From an uncultured delta proteobacterium (GTDB taxonomy: Bacteria > Myxococcota_A > Polyangia > Polyangiales > JAFGIB01), in assembly GCA_963778655.1 (NCBI GenBank), contig CAVZVA010000012.1, forward strand, positions 128,001 to 192,000: DNA of 64,000 nt, in the 5' to 3' direction. Positions 54,623 through 64,000 of the stretch are shown here, piece after piece. The notes beneath the pieces are model-generated. The model saw nothing but the letters and a program-made list of their open reading frames with translations. It did no database searches and was not told the DNA's origin. Position 1 is the first letter of the stretch. Each line of letters opens with the position of its first letter. The translations under genes and the position numbers were made by a program.

Positions 54623-56530
54623 GTGCGCTTGTTTCGGGCTTACCTTGCTGCCGTGTTGTTCGGCGTCGCCGCAGCGGGCGCGCCGCACGCGCTCGCGCAA
54701 GATCACGAGAAGCCTCCGCCCGTCGAAGTCGGAGCCGCAACGGCGCCTGCGACTGCGACTGTGACCACGAGCGCGAGCGCAACCACGAGCACGACCACCG
54801 ATGCGACCGCGGCGCCGCCGGCGGTCGCACCGGCGCCGAGCGCGCTCGATCACTGGTGGTTCGGTGGCTACTACCGCCACCAATGGATCCCCTCGTACAT
54901 GACCAGCGCGTTCTTTGCGCGCGCCCCGAGCATCTCCAACGACGGCTTCGGCTTCACGGCCACCTACCGCACCGGCAATGGGCTCAACATCGAGCTCGGC
55001 CTGGGCCACATGCCCTACCGCTTCCACGGGCCGTTTCTGGCCAAGGACAGCGAGATCACGGACACCGAGCTGGTGCGCAGCGACGTCGATCTCTGGCACA
55101 TCACCAGCTCGCTGCTGTGGGACATCGAGTTTCATCCCATGGTCGCGCTGGAGATCGGTTTCGGCATCGATTTCGGTCTGCTCACCGGTCACGTGATCCG
55201 CAACGAGGCCTATCTCGATCCGGCCACCCACACCTTCAAGGACTGCAAAGGGCCGCATATGCCCGACGTGCTCGGTCCGGCCCTCGACGCCACCACTCCC
55301 GGCTTGCTCTACTGTGCCGAGCCCGAGAACGGCAGCTACGACCCCGCGACCGGCGACTACCAGTCGGATGCGCCCAATAAGAAGGGCGAGCAGTACAACG
55401 TGCGCGACAACCATGTCCCGCCCGTGATGCTGTTCCCGATGGTGCCGCACCTGGCGCTGCGCATCCAGCCGATCAAATACCTGGCGATCAAGGGCGAGTT
55501 CGCCTTCGGCGTGGTGCAGATGTATGCCGGCGTTTCGCTCGAAGTGAATTTCGGCTTTGCCAAGCACGCCCCGCCGCCAGCGGTCGTCGCGCCGGCCCCG
55601 GTCCCGGTTGCGCCCCCGAGTGGCAACGGCCGAGTGCTCGGCAGCGTGATCGACGACGAGACCAAGACCCCGATCGCAGGAGCGATCGTCAAGCTGCAGG
55701 GCGGGCGCGCGCTCTCGCCGCTCACCACCGCCGCCGATGGGCGCTTCGTGGTGGATCGGCTCGACCCCGGGGTGGCGCACTTCGCGGTCGAGCACCCGGA
55801 CTACACCGCCGGCACCTGCGAGGTGGAGATCCCCAAGCAGGGCGGCGACGTCCCGCTGATGTGTCACCTCAAGCCGGCCGCGCGCACCGGCGCGATCAGC
55901 GGACAGGTGCAGAGCGAAGCGGGCGGCCCGGTCGCCGGGGCCAAGCTCGAGCTGAGCGGTCCGCGCGGGGACGTGCTCACTTCGGACGCGCAGGGTTTGT
56001 TCGCCGAGGTCGATCTGCCGGCCGGCAGCTACCGGCTGCGGGTCGAAGCCGACGGCTACCTGGTGCAGATGCTCGAGCTGGAGGTCGAGCCGCACCAGAC
56101 CGCGATGCCCCAGGTCATCCTGATCAAGGCGCCCAAGCACGCCGCGGTCGAGCTGCGCAAGGAAGAAATCGTCATCACGCAGCAGATTCAGTTCAAGGTC
56201 GGCAGCGCGGAGCTGCTGCCCGCGAGCACCGGCATCCTGCAACAGGTCGCTGACGTGCTGTTGCGTCACCCGCAGATCGAGCAGCTGGAGATCCAGGGCC
56301 ACACCGACAGCCGCGGTAGCCACGAGACCAACATGAAGCTCTCGCAGGCGCGCGCCGAGGCCGTGCGCGACTTCCTGGTCAAGGCGGGCATCGACAGCGC
56401 CAGGCTACAGGCCGTGGGCTACGGCCCCGACCACCCGCTTCGGCCCAACAATACCGCCGCCAACCGGGCCATGAACCGCCGCGTGCAGTTCATCATCCGC
56501 AAGCAGGGTGAAGAGGCCGCGGCGCCCTGA
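54623..56530 (+). CDS. OmpA-family protein: N-terminal beta-barrel, two carboxypeptidase-regulatory-like domains, OmpA domain
   Basis: Signal peptide; G.V.D...PIAGA.V repeats; IQGHTDSRG, LSQARAEAV, NRRVQF; start uncertain. Confidence 0.82.
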   Translation: MRLFRAYLAAVLFGVAAAGAPHALAQDHEKPPPVEVGAATAPATATVTTSASATTSTTTDATAAPPAVAPAPSALDHWWFGGYYRHQWIPSYMTSAFFARAPSISNDGFGFTATYRTGNGLNIELGLGHMPYRFHGPFLAKDSEITDTELVRSDVDLWHITSSLLWDIEFHPMVALEIGFGIDFGLLTGHVIRNEAYLDPATHTFKDCKGPHMPDVLGPALDATTPGLLYCAEPENGSYDPATGDYQSDAPNKKGEQYNVRDNHVPPVMLFPMVPHLALRIQPIKYLAIKGEFAFGVVQMYAGVSLEVNFGFAKHAPPPAVVAPAPVPVAPPSGNGRVLGSVIDDETKTPIAGAIVKLQGGRALSPLTTAADGRFVVDRLDPGVAHFAVEHPDYTAGTCEVEIPKQGGDVPLMCHLKPAARTGAISGQVQSEAGGPVAGAKLELSGPRGDVLTSDAQGLFAEVDLPAGSYRLRVEADGYLVQMLELEVEPHQTAMPQVILIKAPKHAAVELRKEEIVITQQIQFKVGSAELLPASTGILQQVADVLLRHPQIEQLEIQGHTDSRGSHETNMKLSQARAEAVRDFLVKAGIDSARLQAVGYGPDHPLRPNNTAANRAMNRRVQFIIRKQGEEAAAP

Positions 56531-56565
56531 TCCGGGCTTCCCGCCTTCCCCTCTTGCGGTGAAAT

Positions 56566-58083
56566 CTACTCGGCGGCGTTGCTCGAGGAAGAAGAAGGCA
56601 GCTCGGGCGCGGCCGCGCCGCGCTGCGTCGGGCCCTCGACCTGATACTTATGGCCGACTAGCGTCTTGGCCGCCATCACCGACTTCCATTTGAGGTAGCT
56701 GGCGATGCCGCTCAGGTCGCGCGTGGGATCGCTGGCGCCGGAGAGCTGCACCAGCACCATCAGCTGCTCGGCCACGCTGACGGGGCAGCCTTTGAGCCGA
56801 AGGTACGGCTTGTTCTTGGCGGCGCGCAGGATCTTGTTCGTCTTGAACATCTTGACGAACATGTCCTCGCCCTCGACCGTGTGCGGATCGAGCGTCGAGC
56901 GGTTCTTGTACAGGTTTTCGATCGAGACCAGCTCGCCGCCGATCTTGCCCTTGAAGGTGGCGCAGTCGCCGATGAACACCGCGCGCTCTCCCTGCTTGAC
57001 GTCGAGCGGACCCTGGTAGTTGCCGAACACCACGTGCAGCCGCGGCATCTTCTCGTCGAGCTGCTTGTCCATCAGGCGCAGGATCTCGATCGCTTCCTCG
57101 ATCGCGCCCGGGCAGCCGCCCCAGCAGTAGTCCTTGCCCTCGCTCTCGGGCGGAGGGCCGGCGTAGGCCGTGATGTGGGTGCCCTCGAAGTACTTCTCCA
57201 CCCGGACCAGGCCGACCTCGAAGCCCTTGGCACGCTCCTTGGCCTGCTCGAGCGACACGTCTCCACTGACCTCGATCTCGTCGAGCGAAAGCGGTCCGAA
57301 GCCGCGCTCGTGCGCCATCCGGATGTGATCGACCGCGTACGGGTTGATGCCGATGATGTTGCAGCACACCGCGTCGAATGCGCACTGGTTGTTGCCCATG
57401 ATGATCAGGTTCAGCTGGCGCGGGACCGGCGTCAGCATGCGCCCTTCGCCGGCGATGATTGCGTCGATGGCGAGGAACTGGGGTTGGACGATGTACTGCA
57501 GGTCCGCGATCTTCTCATCCAGCTTGGCGTCGTGGTCGATCAAGCGGTGGCGGTCGTCCTGAATGCCGATGTAGGCCTTGTTGCCGAAGGTGACCGTGGT
57601 CCAGGGATGCGCCTTGAACTTCGGGCAGTTGACGAAGAAGTCGGCCTTGGCCACCGGCTCGGGCGTGAACAGGTAGTCGCGCAGGCGGCCCGGATGCGAA
57701 AGCGGGATCTCGACCTGCGGCTCCTCCTCGAAGTAGTAGCGCTTGACCTTGAGTCGCTTGACCATCGCCTCCATGCCGGACTCGCTGAAGGCGAAGCGCG
57801 TCGGGATGGTGATGCCGCAGCGCTCGCCGACCGCGAGCTCGGTCATCTTGCCCTCGTCGCGATCGCGCAGCGCCTGCAGCACGCCCTCGACGAACTCGGG
57901 CCGGGTGTGGGCGTGCTCGAAGCGCTCGCCCGCGCACACGATGTTGGGCTTGAGCAGGGTGCGGCCTTGCGGGCGCAGCCCCAGCGTCTCCAGGCCCTCG
58001 CGCACAATCTGACGGATGCGCTCGGGATCGTACGCGTCGCAATGCCGAATGATGATGTGGGGCTTGGCTTGATCGACTCGCAT
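56566..58083 (-). CDS. DUF362-domain (putative Fe-S) protein
   Basis: LLKPNIV, HTRPEFV, PKFKAH, IDAIIAGEG, CWGGC and GCP motifs. Confidence 0.75.
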   Translation of the reverse strand: MRVDQAKPHIIIRHCDAYDPERIRQIVREGLETLGLRPQGRTLLKPNIVCAGERFEHAHTRPEFVEGVLQALRDRDEGKMTELAVGERCGITIPTRFAFSESGMEAMVKRLKVKRYYFEEEPQVEIPLSHPGRLRDYLFTPEPVAKADFFVNCPKFKAHPWTTVTFGNKAYIGIQDDRHRLIDHDAKLDEKIADLQYIVQPQFLAIDAIIAGEGRMLTPVPRQLNLIIMGNNQCAFDAVCCNIIGINPYAVDHIRMAHERGFGPLSLDEIEVSGDVSLEQAKERAKGFEVGLVRVEKYFEGTHITAYAGPPPESEGKDYCWGGCPGAIEEAIEILRLMDKQLDEKMPRLHVVFGNYQGPLDVKQGERAVFIGDCATFKGKIGGELVSIENLYKNRSTLDPHTVEGEDMFVKMFKTNKILRAAKNKPYLRLKGCPVSVAEQLMVLVQLSGASDPTRDLSGIASYLKWKSVMAAKTLVGHKYQVEGPTQRGAAAPELPSSSSSNAAE

Positions 58084-58139
58084 GCTGGGGCTCCCTTCAG
58101 CCCGCTTGTTGTGACCCGGTTTGGGGGCCGGCACAAGCT

Positions 58140-58916
58140 TCAGACGAATTTGCGGCGCAGCCGCCGCATCCCCGCCAGCCAGCGGTCGTAGTCGGCGCTC
58201 TTGCGCTGCATGTAGGTGAGCACCCGCTCGTGGGGCAAGATCAGAAAGCGCTCCTCAGCCAGCCCGTCAAGCACCGAATCGGCCACGGCGTCGGGCTCCA
58301 GCACACCATCGCCGGCCTGCGGCGAGCGCGCCGCGCCTGCCAGCATCGGCGTCGCCACGCCCTGCGGGCACAGCACGGAGACCCGGATCCCCTGATCGCC
58401 GTGGGTAATGGCCAGCGACTCCGCGAAGCCGATCGCGGCGTGTTTGGTGGTCGAGTAGGCCGCGTCGCCGATCTGGCTCAGCAGCCCGGCCGCCGACACC
58501 GTCTGCAACAGGTAGCCCTGCCCGCGCTCGAGCATCGATGGCAGCACCGCCCGCGCGGCGTAGACATGTGCCATCAGGTTAACCTCCCACATGCGCTGCC
58601 AGCGGTCGTTGGGCAGCGATGCGGCCGTGCCCTCGGGTTCGTCGCCGAATGCGATGCCCGCGTTCGAGCACATCAGGTCGACCGGACCGTAGTGCTTGGT
58701 CGCGATCTCGACGGCGTGACGGAGGTCTGCTTCGACTGAGACGTCGCACTTGAGGCCGAGGCCGCCGATGCGGTCGGCCACCGACTTGGCCCCCTTCTCG
58801 TTGAGGTCGGCGACCACCACACCGTGCGCGCCCTCGTCGGCGAAGGCGCGACACAGCGCCGTGCCGATCCCGCTCGCCCCACCCGTGACCAGTACCACCT
58901 TGCCTTGGACCTGCAT
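58140..58916 (-). CDS. Short-chain dehydrogenase/reductase
   Basis: TGGASGIG, SNAG, YSTTK, LCPQGV.T. Confidence 0.9.
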   Translation of the reverse strand: MQVQGKVVLVTGGASGIGTALCRAFADEGAHGVVVADLNEKGAKSVADRIGGLGLKCDVSVEADLRHAVEIATKHYGPVDLMCSNAGIAFGDEPEGTAASLPNDRWQRMWEVNLMAHVYAARAVLPSMLERGQGYLLQTVSAAGLLSQIGDAAYSTTKHAAIGFAESLAITHGDQGIRVSVLCPQGVATPMLAGAARSPQAGDGVLEPDAVADSVLDGLAEERFLILPHERVLTYMQRKSADYDRWLAGMRRLRRKFV

Positions 58917-59053
58917 CGCACCGACCCTATCACGCGCTGCCTACGCGTTGCACCGGCGTTCAGTACGGGCACGATCGGGTTCGACGGGCGCGCGCTGGTT
59001 TGCTAGCGTCCGCAGGCCCCGGGGGTCTGCCTGGGCCGGGAGAGGATGCGGTC

Positions 59054-59857
59054 ATGGGCAAGCTGATACGGAGCGCTTCGTGGGTCGTGATCGTCCTCCT
59101 GCCCTGGGCCACGGCTTGCAGCGGCAGCGCGAGCACGCCGCATGTGGATGCCGGCGTCCACGGCAGCGAGGGCGATCCCTGCGACCTGACGGGACAGAGC
59201 AGCGGTTTGCCGGCCTGCCGCGGCAAGCTCAAGTGCGTGGAGAGCGTGTTCACACTCGGCGTGTGCGGGCGTTCGTGCAAGACCAACACCGACTGCGGCA
59301 ACGCGGACGAGGTCTGCTACAGCTACTCCGGTCAGGCCAAGGACGGTCACTGCGTCAATCTGATCAAGGACGAGTACGGCCGCTGCGGGGTGGGCGACAC
59401 CAGCATCTGCGATCAGCGCAGCTGCCTGTATCTGCCGAACCAGCCGGTCGGCGTGTGCATCGACACCTGTGCGCTCGACGGCAGCCCGGTCGCAGCCGGT
59501 GACGGCGGCGTCGACGCCAGCGCGGACGAGGATGCGGGCCAAGACCCCACGGCCGGCGCGTCCGGTCTGGGCGCTCCGGCCGGCGCCGTGGAGTGCCCTT
59601 CGAGCGAGAGCTGCGTCGACAACGTGCTGGCGGACGCGATGCTCAACGAAGGCGTGTGCGGCACGGTCGTCGGGCGCGGCGACGAGTGCGGCATCGAGCA
59701 GGGCATCTACTGCCCGTCCGGCGACATCTGCGCGCCCGAGGACCCGAACGACCTCAGCTCGAAGCTGCGCTGCTTCCAGGACTGCAGCAGCACTGGTTCC
59801 AAGTGCGACAAGGGCAAGTGCGTCACGGTCCAGGGCGTATTCGCCTATTGCCTCTGA
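59054..59857 (+). CDS. Cysteine-rich lipoprotein
   Basis: Lipobox ATAC; more than 20 Cys in two clusters; DAG/DGG acidic linkers. Confidence 0.75.
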   Translation: MGKLIRSASWVVIVLLPWATACSGSASTPHVDAGVHGSEGDPCDLTGQSSGLPACRGKLKCVESVFTLGVCGRSCKTNTDCGNADEVCYSYSGQAKDGHCVNLIKDEYGRCGVGDTSICDQRSCLYLPNQPVGVCIDTCALDGSPVAAGDGGVDASADEDAGQDPTAGASGLGAPAGAVECPSSESCVDNVLADAMLNEGVCGTVVGRGDECGIEQGIYCPSGDICAPEDPNDLSSKLRCFQDCSSTGSKCDKGKCVTVQGVFAYCL

Positions 59858-59894
59858 CCGGTTTTCCCGGCGGTGCTATACCAGGCCCGCCGTC

Positions 59895-61004
59895 ATGACC
59901 GCCGTGACCGAAGCGACACGACCGGAGCCCGCAGCGCGCGGCGCGGCGGCTGGCGCCGAGATCGCGCCGGCGGCGGTACGCCGCTGGTTGCTGCTAGTGT
60001 GGGCGGCGATCCTGTGCATGGTGCTGCTCGGCGGCATCACGCGTCTGACCGGCTCCGGGTTGTCGATCACGGAGTGGCAGCCGCTGGTCGGCGCGCTTCC
60101 GCCGCTCGACCAGGCCGACTGGCACGAGCTCTTCGGCAAGTACCAGCAATCGCCGCAGTATCGGCTGGTCAACCAGGCGATGACGCTCTCCCAGTTCAAG
60201 GCGATCTTCTTCTGGGAGTATGTGCACCGCCTGGTCGGCCGCCTGATCGGCGTGCTGGTGCTTCTGCCGGGTCTGTATTTTCTCTGGCGCGGCCGCCTGC
60301 CGCGGCGGCTCGCCTGGAAGCTGCTCGGGGTGCTCGTGCTCGGCGGTCTACAAGGGCTGCTCGGCTGGCTGATGGTCAAGAGCGGCCTGGTCGACGAGCC
60401 GCGGGTCTCCCACTACCGGTTGGCGGCGCATCTCGCGCTCGCGTTCGCGACCGGCCAGTGGGTGCTGTTCCTCGCGCTCGACCAGCGCCCGGTGGCCGCG
60501 CCGCGGGCCGCACGCGCGCACCTGCTCGCGATCTGTGGTCTGCTGGCCGTGCTCGCGCTCCAGGTCGTGTATGGCGCGTTCATGGCCGGCACTCACGCGG
60601 GCTATTACTACTCGACCTTTCCCGACATGAACGGCCGCTACGCTCCGGCGCCGTTCTTCAACGGGCCGTCATGGTGGCGCGACGCGATCGCCAATCCGAA
60701 CGCGATCCACTACGTGCACCGCGCCCTGGGCTGGTTGCTGCTGGCTTGCGCGCTGGGGCTGTTCGTGTACCTGCGTCGCGCCCAGCCGCGCGCCGCGCTC
60801 GGTCGCGCCGCGGGGCTGGTCGCGGTGCTGGCCTTCGTGCAGCTCAACCTGGGCGCGCTCACCGTCGTCACCCGGGTCGCGATTCCGCTGGCGGTCGCCC
60901 ACCAGGGCGTGGCCTATCTGTTGGTCTCGAGCGTGGTCGCGCTGCTGCACCGCGCTCTGGGCTCGGGCACGCGCCGCGCCGCGCCGGCCGCGCGCTCCGC
61001 GTGA
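59895..61004 (+). CDS. ctaA: Heme A synthase (COX15/CtaA type 2)
   Basis: GGITRLTGSGLSITEW, FWEYVHRLVGR, GWLMVKSGL, VSHYRLAAHL, HYVHR, AHQ. Confidence 0.92.
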   Translation: MTAVTEATRPEPAARGAAAGAEIAPAAVRRWLLLVWAAILCMVLLGGITRLTGSGLSITEWQPLVGALPPLDQADWHELFGKYQQSPQYRLVNQAMTLSQFKAIFFWEYVHRLVGRLIGVLVLLPGLYFLWRGRLPRRLAWKLLGVLVLGGLQGLLGWLMVKSGLVDEPRVSHYRLAAHLALAFATGQWVLFLALDQRPVAAPRAARAHLLAICGLLAVLALQVVYGAFMAGTHAGYYYSTFPDMNGRYAPAPFFNGPSWWRDAIANPNAIHYVHRALGWLLLACALGLFVYLRRAQPRAALGRAAGLVAVLAFVQLNLGALTVVTRVAIPLAVAHQGVAYLLVSSVVALLHRALGSGTRRAAPAARSA

Positions 61005-61653
61005 GGGGTCGGGGATTCAGGTCGCGAGCGAGCGGGGCGACCCACGCGGGAGGGCGGGCCCCCGGCAGGGCCGGGCTCTGCCGACGGGCCGGGAGGGTCG
61101 CGTGGCCATCCCGCTATTTACTTCCCGTCCAGAAATGCAGCCGCCCAGAAGTATTTCATCGGTCGCGCGGCCTGCATCCAGCACCGTCGCGCTCCGAAAT
61201 CCGGCCACGCCGGGTATGAGATCGGCTCTCAGGCCTTCCCGGGCGTCACACACCACAACAGGTGCTCGCCCAGCAGCCACACGCCGTAGCTGCTGCCGTA
61301 CGCGTACGTGAGCTCGAAGGTCAGCCCGTTGCGCAGCATCACTATGCAGGTCGATTGTCTCTCTCGGATCAGCACGTCACTTCCTCGCCGATTGCTTCGC
61401 TCGCCGGATCCGATGCACGCAGCGTGCCGTGACCCGAGGCGCGAGCGAGCGGTGCGCGTGCTTACGTAGGTCTCCATCTTTCGCGCACGTCGCCGCTGCG
61501 AAGATGAAATCGCGATTGCAGCATTGACACAGTCGCGGCGAAATCCACCGCAGCACGCTGTGCGTGGCAAGCGCTGCTGTCGCACACCGCGCTACGAGTG
61601 CAACGCACGGATGTTGACGCGCTCGACGCCGCGCTGGTTAGATCGAAGAGAGC

Positions 61654-62622
61654 ATGGGCTGGCGGTACCGAAGTCTCGTGCGCCTGGGGCCCTCGCTGTC
61701 GTTGGTCGCGTGGCTGCTCTTGGCCGGCGCACCGGCGTCTGCCCAGGACGACAGCGCGTTGCTGCAGATGCTGAGCGGCTCGCCTTCCTTCCGCGTGCGG
61801 GCGCGGGCGGCGTTGGCGCTGGCGCACCACGGCGGCGAGCGGGTCGTGCTCGGTCTCGAAGCGGCCCTCGGCGACGCGCACGTTGCGGTGCGATTTGCGG
61901 CTGCCGCGGCGCTCGCCGAGGTCGGTATGCGCCGCTCGGTGCCGGCGTTGCGCGAGGCGGCCGCGGACCGCGAGGCCATCGTGGCCGAGCAGGCGAAGCG
62001 TGCGCTGCACGCGATCGCAGCGCGCGAAGCGATCGCCCGCGCAGCCGGCAGCGCGCCCGAGGCCCTTCCCGATCGCACTCCGCCGCGGGCGGGACGCGCT
62101 GCGTCCTCGCTGGCCCACGTGCGCTACGCGGTGGTGCTGGGCGAGATGCGCAACCGCAGCGGGCGCTTCGGGCCCGAGCTGTCGGCCGCGCTGGCCGACG
62201 AGATCGAGCGCGAGCTGCGCGCGGTCGAGCACGTGGCGGTGTTCACGCTCTCGGAGATGAACGACCAGATCGTGCAAGAGCTCACGCGGCGCAAGGTCCC
62301 CGCGTTCCGGCTCGAGGGCACGCTCAGCAGGGTGGAGAGCGTGCGCCAGGACGGCGACTACCGTACGCGTTGCGAGGTCTCGCTGCTGCTGATGGACGAG
62401 CCGGAGCGCACGCTGCGCGGTCTGCTCAGGGGCGCCGCCACCTCGAGCGAGCAGCCGCGCGGCGACGGCGAGGCGCAGCAGCGCCTGCTCGCACGCAAGA
62501 CGCTCAAGAGCGCGGTGCACAGCGCGCTCAGCAACGCGGCTGATGCGATTGAAGCCGCCGCGACGCGCCGCGACCTCGGCATGGGGGACCTGCGCGCCGA
62601 GGCCTCGCTCGGTGCACCGTAA
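61654..62622 (+). CDS. Exported HEAT-repeat protein
   Basis: Signal peptide; FRVRARAALAL, ALGDAHVAVRFAAAAAL, AAADREAIVAEQAKRAL. Confidence 0.75.
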   Translation: MGWRYRSLVRLGPSLSLVAWLLLAGAPASAQDDSALLQMLSGSPSFRVRARAALALAHHGGERVVLGLEAALGDAHVAVRFAAAAALAEVGMRRSVPALREAAADREAIVAEQAKRALHAIAAREAIARAAGSAPEALPDRTPPRAGRAASSLAHVRYAVVLGEMRNRSGRFGPELSAALADEIERELRAVEHVAVFTLSEMNDQIVQELTRRKVPAFRLEGTLSRVESVRQDGDYRTRCEVSLLLMDEPERTLRGLLRGAATSSEQPRGDGEAQQRLLARKTLKSAVHSALSNAADAIEAAATRRDLGMGDLRAEASLGAP

Positions 62623-62752
62623 CCGGCTTCGCGCGCTCCAGGGGGGGGCCTAGCCCGCCGGGCTGCCCCCCAAAACTTGTGCAGCGCCTGCGGGCGCGAG
62701 ACACTGGCGTTTGCGCGGGCGCACGATGGCCCGGATCGTCGCGGAGGGGCGC

Positions 62753-63898
62753 ATGGAGCGCACGACCTGGCAGATGGCACCGATGCTCGCGTGTGTGCTG
62801 GCCGCGCTCGAGGCGTGCGGCGGTGCGGCCGGCGCCGCGCCGCCGGCGCAGCATGCGCAAGCGGCCATGGTGCCGACTCATGCCAAGGCCGGCCAAGCCG
62901 GTGCGCAGCCTGCGCCCCCGGCGGAGCCCGGCCCCGCCGTCAAGCCGCAGGTGAGCGCGGGACGCGAGCACACCTGCGCGCTGGCTGCCGACGGCAGCGT
63001 GGAGTGCTGGGGCAACAACGTGCACGGTCAGGCCAAGGCGCTGGGCCACCCCTACGTGCAGATCGCTGCGGGCGCGATCCACACCTGTGCGCTCGCTGCA
63101 GACGGCCGCGTCGATTGCTGGGGCTATGCCGGCAACGGCCGCATCAACCCGCCGGACGGCAGCTACAAGCAGATCAGCGCGGGCGATGCCCACACCTGCG
63201 CGATCACCACCGATGGCGACGTGGTGTGTTGGGGCGACAACGAGCAGGGTCAGGCGACACCGCCCGAAGGCTTCTTCAAGCAGGTCACCGCAGGCGGCGA
63301 TCACAGCTGCGCGATCAGCGAGCAGGGTGGAAAGCTGGCGTGCTGGGGCGACAACGACCAGGGTCAGAGCACGCCGCCCGAGGGATCGTTTCAGCAGGTT
63401 TCGGCGGGCAGCAAGCACAGCTGCGCGATCGACGACGGGGCGCAGCTCGAGTGCTGGGGCAGCGACCGCTACCACCAGAGCGAGCCGCCCCGGGGCAAGT
63501 TCGTGCAGGTCAGCGCCGGCAGCCGGCACTCGTGTGCCACGCGCGAGGACGGGCGCGTGCTGTGTTGGGGCGCGGGCGGCCCGGGCCAAGCCGGCTTCCC
63601 CAATGCCGGCCAGGCCGCGCCGCCGGACGGCCAGTTCACCCAGGTTAGCGCCGGCGACGCGCACACCTGCGCGATGACGCCCGGGGGCTGGGTGCGCTGC
63701 TGGGGCAGTGACGCCAGCGGCCGGGCCACGCCCTCGCTCGCGTTTGCGGCGGTCGAGCAGATCGAGGACGGCGACGCGCCGGAGGCGAGCCCACCCAGCC
63801 CCAAGCCCCGGCGCACCAATCCGATGAACCTGCCCAGCATCCGCAAGCAGCACGACGAGACGCTGTCAGACGTAGACACCAGCTTGGAGCACCACTGA
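62753..63898 (+). CDS. RCC1/BLIP-II-like repeat lipoprotein (7-bladed propeller)
   Basis: Seven approx. 37-aa repeats QVSAG..H(T/S)CA....G.V.CWG; lipobox LEAC; start uncertain. Confidence 0.82.
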   Translation: MERTTWQMAPMLACVLAALEACGGAAGAAPPAQHAQAAMVPTHAKAGQAGAQPAPPAEPGPAVKPQVSAGREHTCALAADGSVECWGNNVHGQAKALGHPYVQIAAGAIHTCALAADGRVDCWGYAGNGRINPPDGSYKQISAGDAHTCAITTDGDVVCWGDNEQGQATPPEGFFKQVTAGGDHSCAISEQGGKLACWGDNDQGQSTPPEGSFQQVSAGSKHSCAIDDGAQLECWGSDRYHQSEPPRGKFVQVSAGSRHSCATREDGRVLCWGAGGPGQAGFPNAGQAAPPDGQFTQVSAGDAHTCAMTPGGWVRCWGSDASGRATPSLAFAAVEQIEDGDAPEASPPSPKPRRTNPMNLPSIRKQHDETLSDVDTSLEHH

Positions 63899-64000
63899 GC
63901 TACTACTTCATCGGTTTGGAGATCCGTCCCGGACCGCCAAACCGATGATGGCAGCTTCCTCGCAGCGTTGCGCCGACGTCTCTCGACGGAACGAATTGCC

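Noticed and set aside
62945..63735. Approx. 111-bp periodic repeats
   Set aside because: Coding RCC1-like propeller blades, not a CRISPR array or DNA repeat element

Overview
A high-GC (roughly 70% by eye), densely coding chromosomal window with Myxococcota/Polyangiales-like gene content (Cys-rich and RCC1/Sel1/HEAT repeat proteins, PEGA-type Ser/Thr kinase, PilZ-J protein, TSP3-OmpA protein); the taxonomic call is inference. From left to right it contains: a surface-glycan cluster (UDP-HexNAcA dehydrogenase and epimerase, sulfotransferase, two GT2, two flippase-like proteins, a GT-C-like membrane protein); DAHP synthase; speD-speE; acyl-CoA synthetase; malic enzyme; an OmpA / PilZ-J / short Hsp70 operon; a plant-type ilvC with purN and ilvY; yhaO-yhaN (frameshifted); HU; a kinase; glnA-glnB-porin-glnE-phoD; thioredoxin; and ctaA. 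No rRNA, tRNA, CRISPR array or transposase was seen. The strongest findings are: (1) a bacterial histone (Bd0055-like fold) fused to an N-terminal Cys/His zinc-finger at 53946-54488, buried in a longer spurious ORF call; (2) a complete unannotated transcription attenuator whose 25-aa leader peptide clusters Tyr, Phe and Trp codons upstream of DAHP synthase; (3) an IlvY-type operator pair duplicated with identical 31-bp spacing on both sides of purN; (4) a PilZ / HPH-variant J-domain protein coupled to a lidless Hsp70; (5) several small palindromic repeat families, two probable non-canonical start codons and several probable leaderless genes.
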